Positions 40,197 through 49,143 of a DNA stretch of 64,000 bases are shown here, piece by piece. Made by a program: the position numbers and the translations under genes. This DNA is from an uncultured Gammaproteobacteria bacterium (GTDB taxonomy: Bacteria > Patescibacteriota > Patescibacteriia > XYB2-FULL-38-15), in assembly GCA_965231095.1 (NCBI GenBank), contig OZ246416.1:603549-667548 (forward strand), given 5' to 3'. Under the pieces are notes generated by a model. That model made no database searches and was not told where the DNA came from. It saw only the letters and a program-made list of their open reading frames with translations. The stretch's first letter is position 1, and each line of letters begins with the position of its first letter.

Positions 40197-40508
40197 TTAC
40201 CAATCGGGTTTGGACGATCCGCCGCAGCGATCGCACTTGCTTCCACTCCCTCGCCCCATATCCACCCTGCAATCGTCGCAGAAGGCGTGAATTTCCACCT
40301 TGTAACCCTTGCCGTCGCAGGCGGAACACTCAATGTACACCGAACCCCCACGACCCGAACCATCACATCGACCGCAGACCTTTTCCCCACCGAAAAAACC
40401 TTGCTTCCAACCCTTGCCGTCGCAGGCGGAACAACGCCCGTCGTGAGAAAATTTCTGCCCGCTTCCTCCGCAATTCTCGCACTCTACACGCGCCGTGTCC
40501 TTTGACAT
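40197..40508 (-). CDS. Small Cys-rich protein with DnaJ-type CxxCxGxG zinc-finger repeats (103 aa), GC-rich islet.
   Basis: CENCGGSG, CSACDGKG, CGRCDGSG, CSACDGKG, CDDC, CDRCGGS. A strong SD (GGGGAGGATACAAAGC) precedes the ATG. High GC. A terminator hairpin lies downstream. Confidence 0.5.
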   Translation of the reverse strand: MSKDTARVECENCGGSGQKFSHDGRCSACDGKGWKQGFFGGEKVCGRCDGSGRGGSVYIECSACDGKGYKVEIHAFCDDCRVDMGRGSGSKCDRCGGSSKPDW

Positions 40509-40622
40509 GCTTTGTATCCTCCCCTATAAAGAGGATAGGGCTAAAGCATAAAAAAGTCAAACAAATTATTGACATCAAAAAAAGTTGTTGCTATATTTGT
40601 AGAATAAATTTCCGGTCAGCAA

Positions 40623-40694
40623 GCGGGCGTCGTATAGTGGCTATTATGTGTCCTTGCCAAGGACAAGACGGCAGTTCGATTCTGCTCGCCCGCT
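40623..40694 (+). tRNA. tRNA-Gly (anticodon GCC).
   Basis: GCGGGCG...TGTCC-TTGCCAA-GGACA...GGCAG-TTCGATT-CTGCT-CGCCCGC-T, closely similar to canonical bacterial tRNA-Gly(GCC). Confidence 0.8.
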
Positions 40695-40864
40695 TATTGG
40701 TCGGAACTTTCATCAAGGTCTCAACGGCTTTTCTAAATTCAATTTTTTAACAAAAGCAGAAGCGAACTGGGAAGGGGTCGGGAAACGGGAGTTTCCCGAT
40801 TTGCGGAAATATTAAAACCGCAGGGTTTTAAAACGCAGTCCTGCCGAGGCAGGACGAGTAGTGA

Positions 40865-40893
40865 GATTCTCTCCGCCCGCTTATTGTTCGGAA
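40865..40893 (+). repeat. Degenerate direct repeat of the tRNA-Gly 3' end plus its downstream flank (GATTCTCTCCGCCCGCTTATTGTTCGGAA vs GATTCTGCTCGCCCGCTTATTGGTCGGAA).
   Basis: About 25/29 identity to 40677-40705, which is 170 bp upstream. This is an att-site-like scar. Confidence 0.4.
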
Positions 40894-40937
40894 ATCATTA
40901 AAGACCTTCGGGTCTTTTTTTGGTATAATAAGATAAT

Positions 40938-42674
40938 ATGACCAATTTAGAGATCGCCAAAATTTTCCGAGAGATTGCCATTCTCTATGAAATTCAAGAG
41001 GTGCCCTTTAAGCCGCGCGCTTACGAACGAGTCGCGGCGAGTTTGGAATCGCTCGGACGAAACGTGGCTGAGATTTATGAAACCGGCGGGCTTGGGGCCT
41101 TGGAAAAAATTCCCGGGGTAGGAAAAAATACGGCGTTCCACATTGAGGAACTTTTAAAAACCGGCCAACTGAAACTTTACAAACAGTTAAAAAAATCTTT
41201 GCCTATTGATATTGACGAGCTGACTTCGGTTTTGGGGGTTGGGCCAAAAACTATCCAGGTCTTGTATAAAAAATTAAAAATAAAAAACGTGGCCGATTTG
41301 GAAAAAGCGGCTCTCGCGGGAAAAATCGCCGCCCTGCCGCACTTTGGCGCCCAAAGCCAGGAGAAAATTTTGCGCGGTCTTGAATTTCATAAAAAAAATA
41401 CCGGAAGATTTTTACTTGGTCATGTTCTGCCAATGGCGCGAGAGATTGAAGCGCGGCTTCGGAAAATTCCCGGCGTGGATAAAGTTCAAACCGCTGGCTC
41501 AATTCGCCGCCGCCAAGAAACGATTGGCGACATTGACACGTTAATCACCGCGAAACATCCGGAAAAAGTTATGAAAATTTTTACGCGAATGCCCGAGGTC
41601 GCGGAAATTCTTGCCCGCGGTCCGACAAAAACTACTGTTAGATTAAGATCCGGCATCCAAGCCGACGTTCGAATTCTCCCGCCCGAAGATTATGGTTCGG
41701 CTCTACAATATTTTACCGGTGACAAAAATCATAATATTGAAATCAGAAAAATTGCCATCAAAAAAGGTTTGAAACTTAATGAATACGGAATTTTTCGCGG
41801 CAAGAAAAACTTGGGAGGAAAAACCGAGGAAGAAATTTATAAAATTTTAGGAATGGAATGGATGGAGCCGGAACTTAGAACAGCGAGCGGAGAAATTGAA
41901 GCGGCACAAAAAAATACTCTGCCAAAAATAATTGGCTACAACGATATCCGCGGCGATTTGCATGTTCACACAAAAGGGAGCGATGGGCTAAACACCATAG
42001 AAGAAATGGCGCTGGCCGGAAAAAAATTGGGCTATGAATATATTTCCATTTCTGATCATGTCGGAACTCTGCGTATCGCGAACGCCATGGATGAAAAAAA
42101 AGTTTTGCGGCAAATTAAAGAAATTGATAAAATCAACGCCGAGTTTGCCAAGAAAAAAATTGGGATAAAAATTTTGAAAAGCGCCGAGACAAATATTTCC
42201 GCCGGTGGGGACATTGATTTACCGCACAATATTTTGGAAAAAATGGATATTGTTTTGGCCGCGGTGCATGATCATTTTAATTTGTCCAAAGAAAAAATGA
42301 CCGCGCGAATTATCCGCGCCATGAAACATAAAAATGTTAATGTTATTGCTCATCCTACCGGCCGGGTCATTTTTGGAAGGCCGGCATATGAAATTAATTT
42401 GGACAAAATTTTAAAAGCCGCGAAGGAATTTGGCGTGGCTATGGAAATCAACGCATTTTTTGATCGCCTAGATTTACGCGATGAAGATATTAGAAAGGCC
42501 GTTGGCCTCGGCGTAAAAATGGTAATCAATACCGACGCGCACAACAAAAATCAACTTGATCTAATGGAGTACGGCGTTGCTCAAGCGCGCCGCGGCTGGG
42601 CAACAAGGAAGGATATCTTGAACACGCAACCCCTTGATGTTTTGCTAAAATTTTTCCATTCGAAAAAAAAGTAG
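40938..42674 (+). CDS. polX: Family X DNA polymerase (PolX) with a C-terminal PHP phosphoesterase domain.
   Basis: 578 aa. MTNLEIAKIFREIAILYEIQEVPFKPRAYERVAASLE (8-kDa/HhH Pol beta-like N-terminus), GVGKNTAFHIEELL, and a C-terminal PHP with DLHVHTKGSDG. Confidence 0.85.
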   Translation: MTNLEIAKIFREIAILYEIQEVPFKPRAYERVAASLESLGRNVAEIYETGGLGALEKIPGVGKNTAFHIEELLKTGQLKLYKQLKKSLPIDIDELTSVLGVGPKTIQVLYKKLKIKNVADLEKAALAGKIAALPHFGAQSQEKILRGLEFHKKNTGRFLLGHVLPMAREIEARLRKIPGVDKVQTAGSIRRRQETIGDIDTLITAKHPEKVMKIFTRMPEVAEILARGPTKTTVRLRSGIQADVRILPPEDYGSALQYFTGDKNHNIEIRKIAIKKGLKLNEYGIFRGKKNLGGKTEEEIYKILGMEWMEPELRTASGEIEAAQKNTLPKIIGYNDIRGDLHVHTKGSDGLNTIEEMALAGKKLGYEYISISDHVGTLRIANAMDEKKVLRQIKEIDKINAEFAKKKIGIKILKSAETNISAGGDIDLPHNILEKMDIVLAAVHDHFNLSKEKMTARIIRAMKHKNVNVIAHPTGRVIFGRPAYEINLDKILKAAKEFGVAMEINAFFDRLDLRDEDIRKAVGLGVKMVINTDAHNKNQLDLMEYGVAQARRGWATRKDILNTQPLDVLLKFFHSKKK

Positions 42675-42797
42675 TTGTTCGCTCGGCACCAATACATAGG
42701 TGTGTCAATTTTAATTTAAAAGGGGCTTCCGCCCCCTTGGCCACTAGAAAAATTACTTGATTGGTTTAAAAAGAAGTGATAGGATAAAAAATAATTT

Positions 42798-42880
42798 GCC
42801 CGGGTGGTGAAATGGTATACACGCAAGACTTAAAATCTTGTGACCGAAAGGTCGTGAGGGTTCGAGTCCCTCCCCGGGCA
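42798..42880 (+). tRNA. tRNA-Leu (anticodon UAA).
   Basis: GCCCGGG-TG-GTGAAATGGTATACAC-GCAAGA-CTTAAAA-TCTTG-T-GACCGAAAGGTCG-TGAGGGTTCGAGTCCCTC-CCCGGGC-A. Confidence 0.85.
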
Positions 42881-43001
42881 TTTAGAAAACTATAAATTTT
42901 ATTTTGACTCTGCCCCTCTTATGGGGTTGCTTTTTTTATTATTATCTTTTAATATATAAAGTCGCCATAAAAACATCCTCGTCAAAAGAAAGGAGGAGCC
43001 A

Positions 43002-43214
43002 ATGAGCGACTCACGAGAACTTTCGGTTGAAGAAGCTCAGGGCCCCTGCGGCGATAGTCGTCACCGTTGGCGATTCGCTAACCCTCCGCAATACCGATGG
43101 AATACGCGCCAGGTTCTTGCCGAATGTACAAATTGCCACGGCACCTACTGGGCTCAACTCTCACCCGAAAAATGGCAACGGTTTCTGATGTATCTGGGAG
43201 CAAGCAGAAAATAG
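43002..43214 (+). CDS. Hypothetical 70-aa protein with Cys/His zinc-ribbon-like spacing (GC-rich islet).
   Basis: SD AAAGGAGGAG lies 6 nt upstream. ...GPCGDSRHRW...CTNCHGTYW. High GC. Confidence 0.45.
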   Translation: MSDSRELSVEEAQGPCGDSRHRWRFANPPQYRWNTRQVLAECTNCHGTYWAQLSPEKWQRFLMYLGASRK

Positions 43215-43232
43215 GCGGCAGAGGAGGGCTGT

Positions 43233-43484
43233 ATGGAGAACGAAACGCTGACCTTTTCTGACCTCGAACCAGGACAGAACTTCGCTGTTCTGCCTGGCAA
43301 GGGATATAGTCGCCGGCGGGACGGCGACTGGCTCCGGGCGAGTAACCTCTTCTTGAGAGTCGCGAATCCGAACGGCAACGCCTTGCGAACCTGCGACAAC
43401 GAGATCTTCAAGATTCCCGACTCCGTACCCGTGATCCGAGTGAACATCAGCGGCAAAGCCGCTAGAAGAAGGAGGGGGAGATGA
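43233..43484 (+). CDS. Hypothetical 83-aa protein (GC-rich islet).
   Basis: SD GAGGAGGG lies upstream. Its stop overlaps the next start (ATGA). Confidence 0.45.
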   Translation: MENETLTFSDLEPGQNFAVLPGKGYSRRRDGDWLRASNLFLRVANPNGNALRTCDNEIFKIPDSVPVIRVNISGKAARRRRGR

Positions 43485-43963
43485 GTGCTAGTGAACCCGT
43501 GAAGCCAGAACAGACGGTCTGCGAGAAGAACGTAGACGTCCCGACTCTTCTGGTCGAACCTCTCTCGGCATCGAGTCGGCCGATCCGAGAAACTTTCGTC
43601 CAATGGTTTGGCCGGGCGAACGGCGCGGATCTCGGAGAAAGACAGTTCCGTTTCCCTGTGCCGCTACACCACGCAGACCGGCACTGGGAGGGGAATCCTC
43701 TGTTTTGGAAGGTTACTTTTCTCGGTACATTCCAAAAGTTTCCTTGGAATCCCCGGTCCAGGGAAATATACCGTGAAATCGCACCGTTTAGAGATAACCC
43801 TGACGCCGAAATCTTGGTCGCTCACCTTCGCGAACCAAGACACCCCGAAGATCCTGAACTGGACTCTTTCGGCCTCATGATCCCGATGACGACTCACCTG
43901 ACAGACTCCGCGTACGGGATCATCGCGCCACGAGAGTACCGCGACAGGACTATTTTTCCATAG
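43481..43963 (+). CDS. Hypothetical 160-aa protein (GC-rich islet).
   Basis: SD AGGAGGGGGAG lies upstream, and the gene is translationally coupled to the preceding one. No recognisable domain. Confidence 0.45.
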   Translation: MSASEPVKPEQTVCEKNVDVPTLLVEPLSASSRPIRETFVQWFGRANGADLGERQFRFPVPLHHADRHWEGNPLFWKVTFLGTFQKFPWNPRSREIYREIAPFRDNPDAEILVAHLREPRHPEDPELDSFGLMIPMTTHLTDSAYGIIAPREYRDRTIFP

Positions 43964-44084
43964 AGGAGGTTCGACAAAAAACAACAGAGCACGACCTGCG
44001 GGTACGGCTCTTTTTTATTGCTTTTTTATTCTACTTCTTCTAAGATAGCCAGATCGTTCCTTGAAAAAAGGAGGAAAGATAAAA

Positions 44085-45152
44085 ATGGATCACGAACTTG
44101 CTTCGTGCCAGAATGTCCTAGCCGATCGCGCAACGCGAGACGAAGACGCCAGACGGCGTTATCCCGAGTCCGAGGACGATGATGGTTGGCTCATGGATCC
44201 CTCGAACGTTGTCTCGCCCTATCTAATTGATGTTTCAAAGATCATGAACTGCCGGGCGCTACGGCGAGGGGGCGACAAAACCCAGGTCCGACCACTTGAG
44301 CCGAACACACACATCCGGCGGCGCCTTTCCCATTCGCTCGGCGTAGCGGGACTTGCTGTGCCGGTCGCCAAATTACTTGGTCTCCACCCCGATCTCACGC
44401 ACGCCGCGGGTCTTGGCCATGACATAGGCCACACCCCTTTCGGTCACACGGGCGAAGTCACCCTCTCTCGGCTTTCCGGAAAAAAAATCTGCCACGAAAT
44501 TCTAGGTGTCGTCATCGCTCAAAAAGTGGAACGCCGCGGCCGCGGTTTAAACCTCACACACCAGACACTTCTCTGTCTCCGGGATCACTCGCGCGGCGAC
44601 GGCCAGTTTGGCACCGAAACGTGCGAGTCGGAAGAGAGCGCCCTCGCCATGCACACCGACAAGATTGACTACTTCTGGGCCGACTATCACGACGTCTTTG
44701 AACGGGGTGATTGTTTGAACCCATCGGACTATCCCGAACTGGTCGGACTAGCCCAGTGGTTCGGCAAGGGATATCGCTCACGTACGGCAAAATGCCTTCG
44801 GGCGCTCTGTCTTGAATCAAAGGCGGCCGGCCGGATTTCTTTCGGGCTGTGCGAAGAGGCGATGCGGCTCACTCGAGTCAAGGAAATCATGTACGGAAAA
44901 ATCTACAACGTCGTGAACCGCCGGACGGAAATCATTTCCTTGATCGAGAGAGTCTATCGGGCGCTTGAGAAAATCGCACCCCACCTCGATCCCGTGTTCT
45001 TCATCGCGCTCTTGGGTGACCAAGAACTTCTTGGTCTCGCAAAAAAAGACAACCTTTCGCCTGCCGACCTTGCCGGCCTCTCGGCCACGGAGATTCTTGC
45101 GAACCTCAAGGAGACGAAGCTCGACCTCACGAACCCTGACTTGGGGTGGTGA
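44085..45152 (+). CDS. dGTPase-like deoxynucleoside triphosphate triphosphohydrolase (HD-domain phosphohydrolase).
   Basis: SD AAAGGAGGAAAG lies upstream of the ATG at 44085. HD-domain motifs: IRRRLSHSLGVAGLA (LTHSLEV-like) and HDIGHTPFGHTGE (HDxGHxPFGH). GC-rich. Confidence 0.6.
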   Translation: MDHELASCQNVLADRATRDEDARRRYPESEDDDGWLMDPSNVVSPYLIDVSKIMNCRALRRGGDKTQVRPLEPNTHIRRRLSHSLGVAGLAVPVAKLLGLHPDLTHAAGLGHDIGHTPFGHTGEVTLSRLSGKKICHEILGVVIAQKVERRGRGLNLTHQTLLCLRDHSRGDGQFGTETCESEESALAMHTDKIDYFWADYHDVFERGDCLNPSDYPELVGLAQWFGKGYRSRTAKCLRALCLESKAAGRISFGLCEEAMRLTRVKEIMYGKIYNVVNRRTEIISLIERVYRALEKIAPHLDPVFFIALLGDQELLGLAKKDNLSPADLAGLSATEILANLKETKLDLTNPDLGW

Positions 45153-45243
45153 GTAGCCTTGGTCCATAACCGTCCCAGGAGAAATGGGGCGGTTTTTTTA
45201 TTGCCAAAAAGGGAGAAATAAGATAAAATTGGAGAATAAAAAT

Positions 45244-46266
45244 ATGCCTGACGAAAGAATTGTCACCCCAAAAGAACAAAATGAAGACCAAGCGTTTGAC
45301 GCGACGCTCCGGCCGAAAGTTTTGGCTGAATATATTGGCCAAGAACAGATTAAAAAAAATCTGGAAATTTTTATTTCCGCGGCGAAAAAAAGAAAAGAGC
45401 CGATTGAACATGTCCTGCTTTACGGCTGTCCCGGCCTTGGGAAAACAACTTTGGCCCACGTCATCTCAAATGAAATGGGCGCCCAGATCCGCATCACTTC
45501 CGGTCCGGCGATTGAGCGCGCCGGCGACCTGGCGGCAATTCTCACCAATCTCGGTGAAGGCGATATTTTGTTTATTGATGAAATCCATCGTCTGAATAAA
45601 GTGATCGAAGAAGTTTTATACCCGGCCATGGAAGAATACGCATTGGATCTGGTAATTGGAAAAGGGCCGGGGGCGAGAACCGTGCGGCTCGATTTACCGC
45701 GCTTCACAATTATCGGCGCCACGACAAAAGTCAGCATGATTTCCTCGCCGCTCCGCGACCGCTTTGGCGCGACCTATCATTTAAACTTTTATGAAGACGC
45801 GGACATTGGAAAAATTATTAACCGTAGCGCCAAAATTTTAAATATAAAAATTGATGAGGGCGCCATAGAGCTTCTCGCGAGCCGCGCCCGAAAAACTCCG
45901 CGCGTCGCAAACCGTATTTTAAAACGCGTCCGCGATTACGCTGAAGTGAAAGCTGATGGTATAATAACAATAGAGCTCGCTGAAGTTGCCTTAAAAAACT
46001 TGGGGGTTGACCAATTCGGCTTGGATCAAATTGACCGCCGAATCCTTGAATCAATTATTAAAAAATTCCAGGGCGGCCCGGTCGGCCTGAACACCCTTTC
46101 GGCGGCAACCGGCGAAGAACAAGCCACGATTGAAGAAGTTTATGAGCCATATCTTTTGCAACTTGGATTTTTAAACCGCACCCCGCGAGGCCGAGTGGCG
46201 ACCGAGACGGCGTACAAACATCTCGGGATTGCTCCGCCGCAAAATTTACAAGAAAAATTAGTTTAA
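45244..46266 (+). CDS. ruvB: Holliday junction branch-migration helicase RuvB.
   Basis: [54 protein letters not shown]... (AAA+ Walker A), sensor and winged-helix C-terminus. The start was chosen at MPDERIV (45244) rather than the track start at 45184. Confidence 0.9.
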   Translation: MPDERIVTPKEQNEDQAFDATLRPKVLAEYIGQEQIKKNLEIFISAAKKRKEPIEHVLLYGCPGLGKTTLAHVISNEMGAQIRITSGPAIERAGDLAAILTNLGEGDILFIDEIHRLNKVIEEVLYPAMEEYALDLVIGKGPGARTVRLDLPRFTIIGATTKVSMISSPLRDRFGATYHLNFYEDADIGKIINRSAKILNIKIDEGAIELLASRARKTPRVANRILKRVRDYAEVKADGIITIELAEVALKNLGVDQFGLDQIDRRILESIIKKFQGGPVGLNTLSAATGEEQATIEEVYEPYLLQLGFLNRTPRGRVATETAYKHLGIAPPQNLQEKLV

Positions 46267-46270
46267 ATTT

Positions 46271-46501
46271 ATGACCCTCTCTGTCTTCCTCATCGCCTAC
46301 TACATCTTTCTCGGTCTTTTTATTTTATTTTCCCTTTTCGCCATTTATCATTTGATACGCTTTATTCCGCCGACTTCCGCCGCCTTTTTCACTTTATATA
46401 TTTTCCTCGCGGGCGCAGCCATAATTATTTTTGCCACCTGGCAGGAGATACAAACAATTGACTGGACGCAAATCTTTTTCACCTTAAATTTTTCTCTATG
46501 A
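46271..46501 (+). CDS. Small two-TM membrane protein (76 aa).
   Basis: MTLSVFLIAYYIFLGLFILFSLFAIYHLIRF...FLAGAAIIIFATW. It overlaps the next ORF by 4 nt. Confidence 0.4.
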   Translation: MTLSVFLIAYYIFLGLFILFSLFAIYHLIRFIPPTSAAFFTLYIFLAGAAIIIFATWQEIQTIDWTQIFFTLNFSL

Positions 46502-47064
46502 GTATTTACGTAAAAAGATTCATCGCCCAAAAATCATACGAAAAAATAGTTTATTTTTTGCGGCGTGATACTATTGTTTATCTAAAACAATTAATTCTTT
46601 TTATTTTTCTCTTGGCCATTCCGGTCGGACTTTATTTTTTCTTTCAAAACGCTTTTCCCTCACTTTTCCAAAATTCCATCTTCTATCCTCTGCTCATGCT
46701 TCTCGCGAGTATTTATTATCTGACTGTTTGGCTCGTCGCTTTCACCGCTTTTATTGATTACTATCTTGATTTTTGGGTTGTGACGAATGACAGAATTATC
46801 AATGTTGAGCAACGCCTCTTTTCCCGGACAATTTCTGAACTTGAATTATATAAAATCCAAGATGTCACCGGTGAAAGCAAGGGCTTTTTGCAAACAATGT
46901 TTAATTATGGCAATGTCTATGTGCAAACCGCCGGTGCGACTGGCCGATTTACTTTTGAAGAAGTCCCAAATCCCCGCGAAGTGGCAAGTAAAATTATCGC
47001 CCTAGCTGAAGAAGATAGAAAATATCATATTAAAGAATCAAATCCTTCCGGCGGAACGGTTTAG
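46498..47064 (+). CDS. Membrane-flanked bacterial PH (bPH_2/YdbS-like) domain protein.
   Basis: 188 aa. Two TM helices, then WVVTNDRIINVEQRLFSRTISELELYKIQDVTGESKGFLQTMFNYGNVYVQTAG (bPH_2-like). Confidence 0.5.
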   Translation: MSIYVKRFIAQKSYEKIVYFLRRDTIVYLKQLILFIFLLAIPVGLYFFFQNAFPSLFQNSIFYPLLMLLASIYYLTVWLVAFTAFIDYYLDFWVVTNDRIINVEQRLFSRTISELELYKIQDVTGESKGFLQTMFNYGNVYVQTAGATGRFTFEEVPNPREVASKIIALAEEDRKYHIKESNPSGGTV

Positions 47065-47131
47065 AAAAATAATTATCAAAAAAATCACCTCATCTCGGGG
47101 TGATTTTTTATATCTTTTATTATTTCACACA

Positions 47132-48961
47132 CTAATAAATCTTTTTCACTTCTACTCCCGTGTAATAATGTTTTAAAATTTGCTCAAAGGTACTTCCTTC
47201 TAATGCCATGCCGCGCGCCCCACGAGCCGAAAGTCCAACGCCATGTCCAAAAAGATTCATCCCGGCACAATTCGGATCTGGCCGCGAAACAAGCCACGGT
47301 TTCCCCGTTCCCCACCAAACTTCTTCCCAGGCTCTCGTTCGCCCATCACTTTGAGAAAAATATGGAGTGACTACGATTTCATTATTATAAATTACCACTA
47401 TACCGCGCGTATCTTCCACGGCTTTCACAAAATTTGGCAAACGAATTTCCGCATTGTAACCGCGATAAACTTGGTCGTAGGAGCTAGCGTTCAAATGAAA
47501 ATTTCCAGCCGGATGTTTTCCGCCGATATTAATGTTGTATTGGGCAAAAGTGCGAGCGGCAATGGCCAGCGCCCGATGATATTCCGCCGGATTATTATTT
47601 GATGATTCAGCCAAACCTTTCAAATATGTTTCAAGCGGCAGCTCGTTTATCATATATAATTTTTCCCGATCCTCGCTCCAGCGCAACTCTAAATTTCCGC
47701 GAAATTTGTTGTCATTCAACGAAGTATTCCAAGCCGGACGGTCTTCAAAACTTGTAATTTCAAAAATCGTGTTCAAATCCGGCGGGATAAATTTTAGATA
47801 AGATAAATTATCTCTCACTACTCCTTCCAACGCCGCGGAATAAGTTTTGGCCGTGAAATTAAAAGCGGCAGTGACTGTTACTCCGGCCGGAACGGAAAAA
47901 ATTAAATTATTTTCCGCGTCGCGAAGTTCAAAAGCGGCGTTGGCGCGAATGGTTTCCGCGGTTGTGGTGTTATAAAGCCCAACCCGCATAGTTGTTTCGG
48001 GAACGGCCGGAGCCGGCGCGATAATCGGTATTTCAACCGTTCCGGAAATTTTTATCGGCAGCGCCACTTCTCCGCCAGTGATTGTTTTATCATTATTCAT
48101 CAAAACAAAGGTTGGCGTAAAATCCCCGCCCAAATTTCCCGTGAGAGAAAAACTGAAATAGCCGATCTGCCCGGGTAAAGTCGTGGACGAAACCGCTGCT
48201 GGGCAACCTGTCGCGAGCCAACTTGAATCACGGTAGGCCTCAGTCGCAGTGTTTGCCGCAACGCAAAGTTTAACAAGATTTCCGCCGCTTGTCTCCCAAG
48301 CTGTTTGTCCAATATTTTTAAAACCTACGTTAAAATTAATTTTAGCGCCCCCCGCGAGAGCCACCGATGCGCTGCTTTGAATTAATTTTGTCGCTCCAAA
48401 ATTTTCTGCCGTAGCCGTCGCCGCGGAGGTCGGATTACTCGCGACCGGAGTTTGCGTCACAGTCGTTCCATTTGTCACATTGATTGGCAAATCAATCACT
48501 CCGCCCGAAATCCATGTCAAGTTTTCCGCCGCCAATTTTAATTTAATGGTGTAAAGTCCCAAAAGTTCCGGGGCCTTGAGAGCAAAACGGAAATGAGCCA
48601 CCCCGCCGGGCGCGACTTTTGTTTCCAACATTTTTGCCGGCTGTTCAATTGTATACCAATATGAATGGCGAAATTGCCGGCCGAGACTGTCAACATAAAG
48701 AGAATTATAATTACTCCCGGAATTTATCCAGGTCACCGTGCCGGTGTTTTTAAAGGCCGCTTCAAAAGTAATGGCTTTGCCCGGAGCCAAAGCCAGCGAG
48801 CCGTAACTTTGAGAAACTTTTTGCGCCGTGTATCCCGCCACTGCCGCTTCCGCGTTTTGCGGCGTAAAACCAAAAACAAAAGCCAGGATTGCCGCAAACA
48901 CAAATCCTGACAAAAATTTTCGCCCCCGACCAATTTTTTTATTTTTATTTATAATTTTCAT
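47132..48961 (-). CDS. SpoIID/LytB-domain protein with N-terminal signal/TM and Ig-like repeats.
   Basis: 609 aa. The C-terminal about 250 aa (ELRWSEDREKLYMINELPLETYLKGLAESSNNNPAEYHRALAIAARTFA...YFSQSDGRTRAWEEVWWG...HGVGLSARGARGMA) matches the SpoIID/LytB amidase-enhancer domain. Confidence 0.7.
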   Translation of the reverse strand: MKIINKNKKIGRGRKFLSGFVFAAILAFVFGFTPQNAEAAVAGYTAQKVSQSYGSLALAPGKAITFEAAFKNTGTVTWINSGSNYNSLYVDSLGRQFRHSYWYTIEQPAKMLETKVAPGGVAHFRFALKAPELLGLYTIKLKLAAENLTWISGGVIDLPINVTNGTTVTQTPVASNPTSAATATAENFGATKLIQSSASVALAGGAKINFNVGFKNIGQTAWETSGGNLVKLCVAANTATEAYRDSSWLATGCPAAVSSTTLPGQIGYFSFSLTGNLGGDFTPTFVLMNNDKTITGGEVALPIKISGTVEIPIIAPAPAVPETTMRVGLYNTTTAETIRANAAFELRDAENNLIFSVPAGVTVTAAFNFTAKTYSAALEGVVRDNLSYLKFIPPDLNTIFEITSFEDRPAWNTSLNDNKFRGNLELRWSEDREKLYMINELPLETYLKGLAESSNNNPAEYHRALAIAARTFAQYNINIGGKHPAGNFHLNASSYDQVYRGYNAEIRLPNFVKAVEDTRGIVVIYNNEIVVTPYFSQSDGRTRAWEEVWWGTGKPWLVSRPDPNCAGMNLFGHGVGLSARGARGMALEGSTFEQILKHYYTGVEVKKIY

Positions 48962-49143
48962 CGCGGGCTTTAAAAATTATTTATATTAATATTATATCAA
49001 AAAATAAACCACGGGTCAATTTACCTCTCCCATTATTTAAGACGAATATCTGGCCAATAAATTACAATCTATCACGCACGGTCTTAAAATGATATAATAA
49101 AAATAATTCAAAAAGTCAACTGTTAATTGTTAACTGTCAACTG

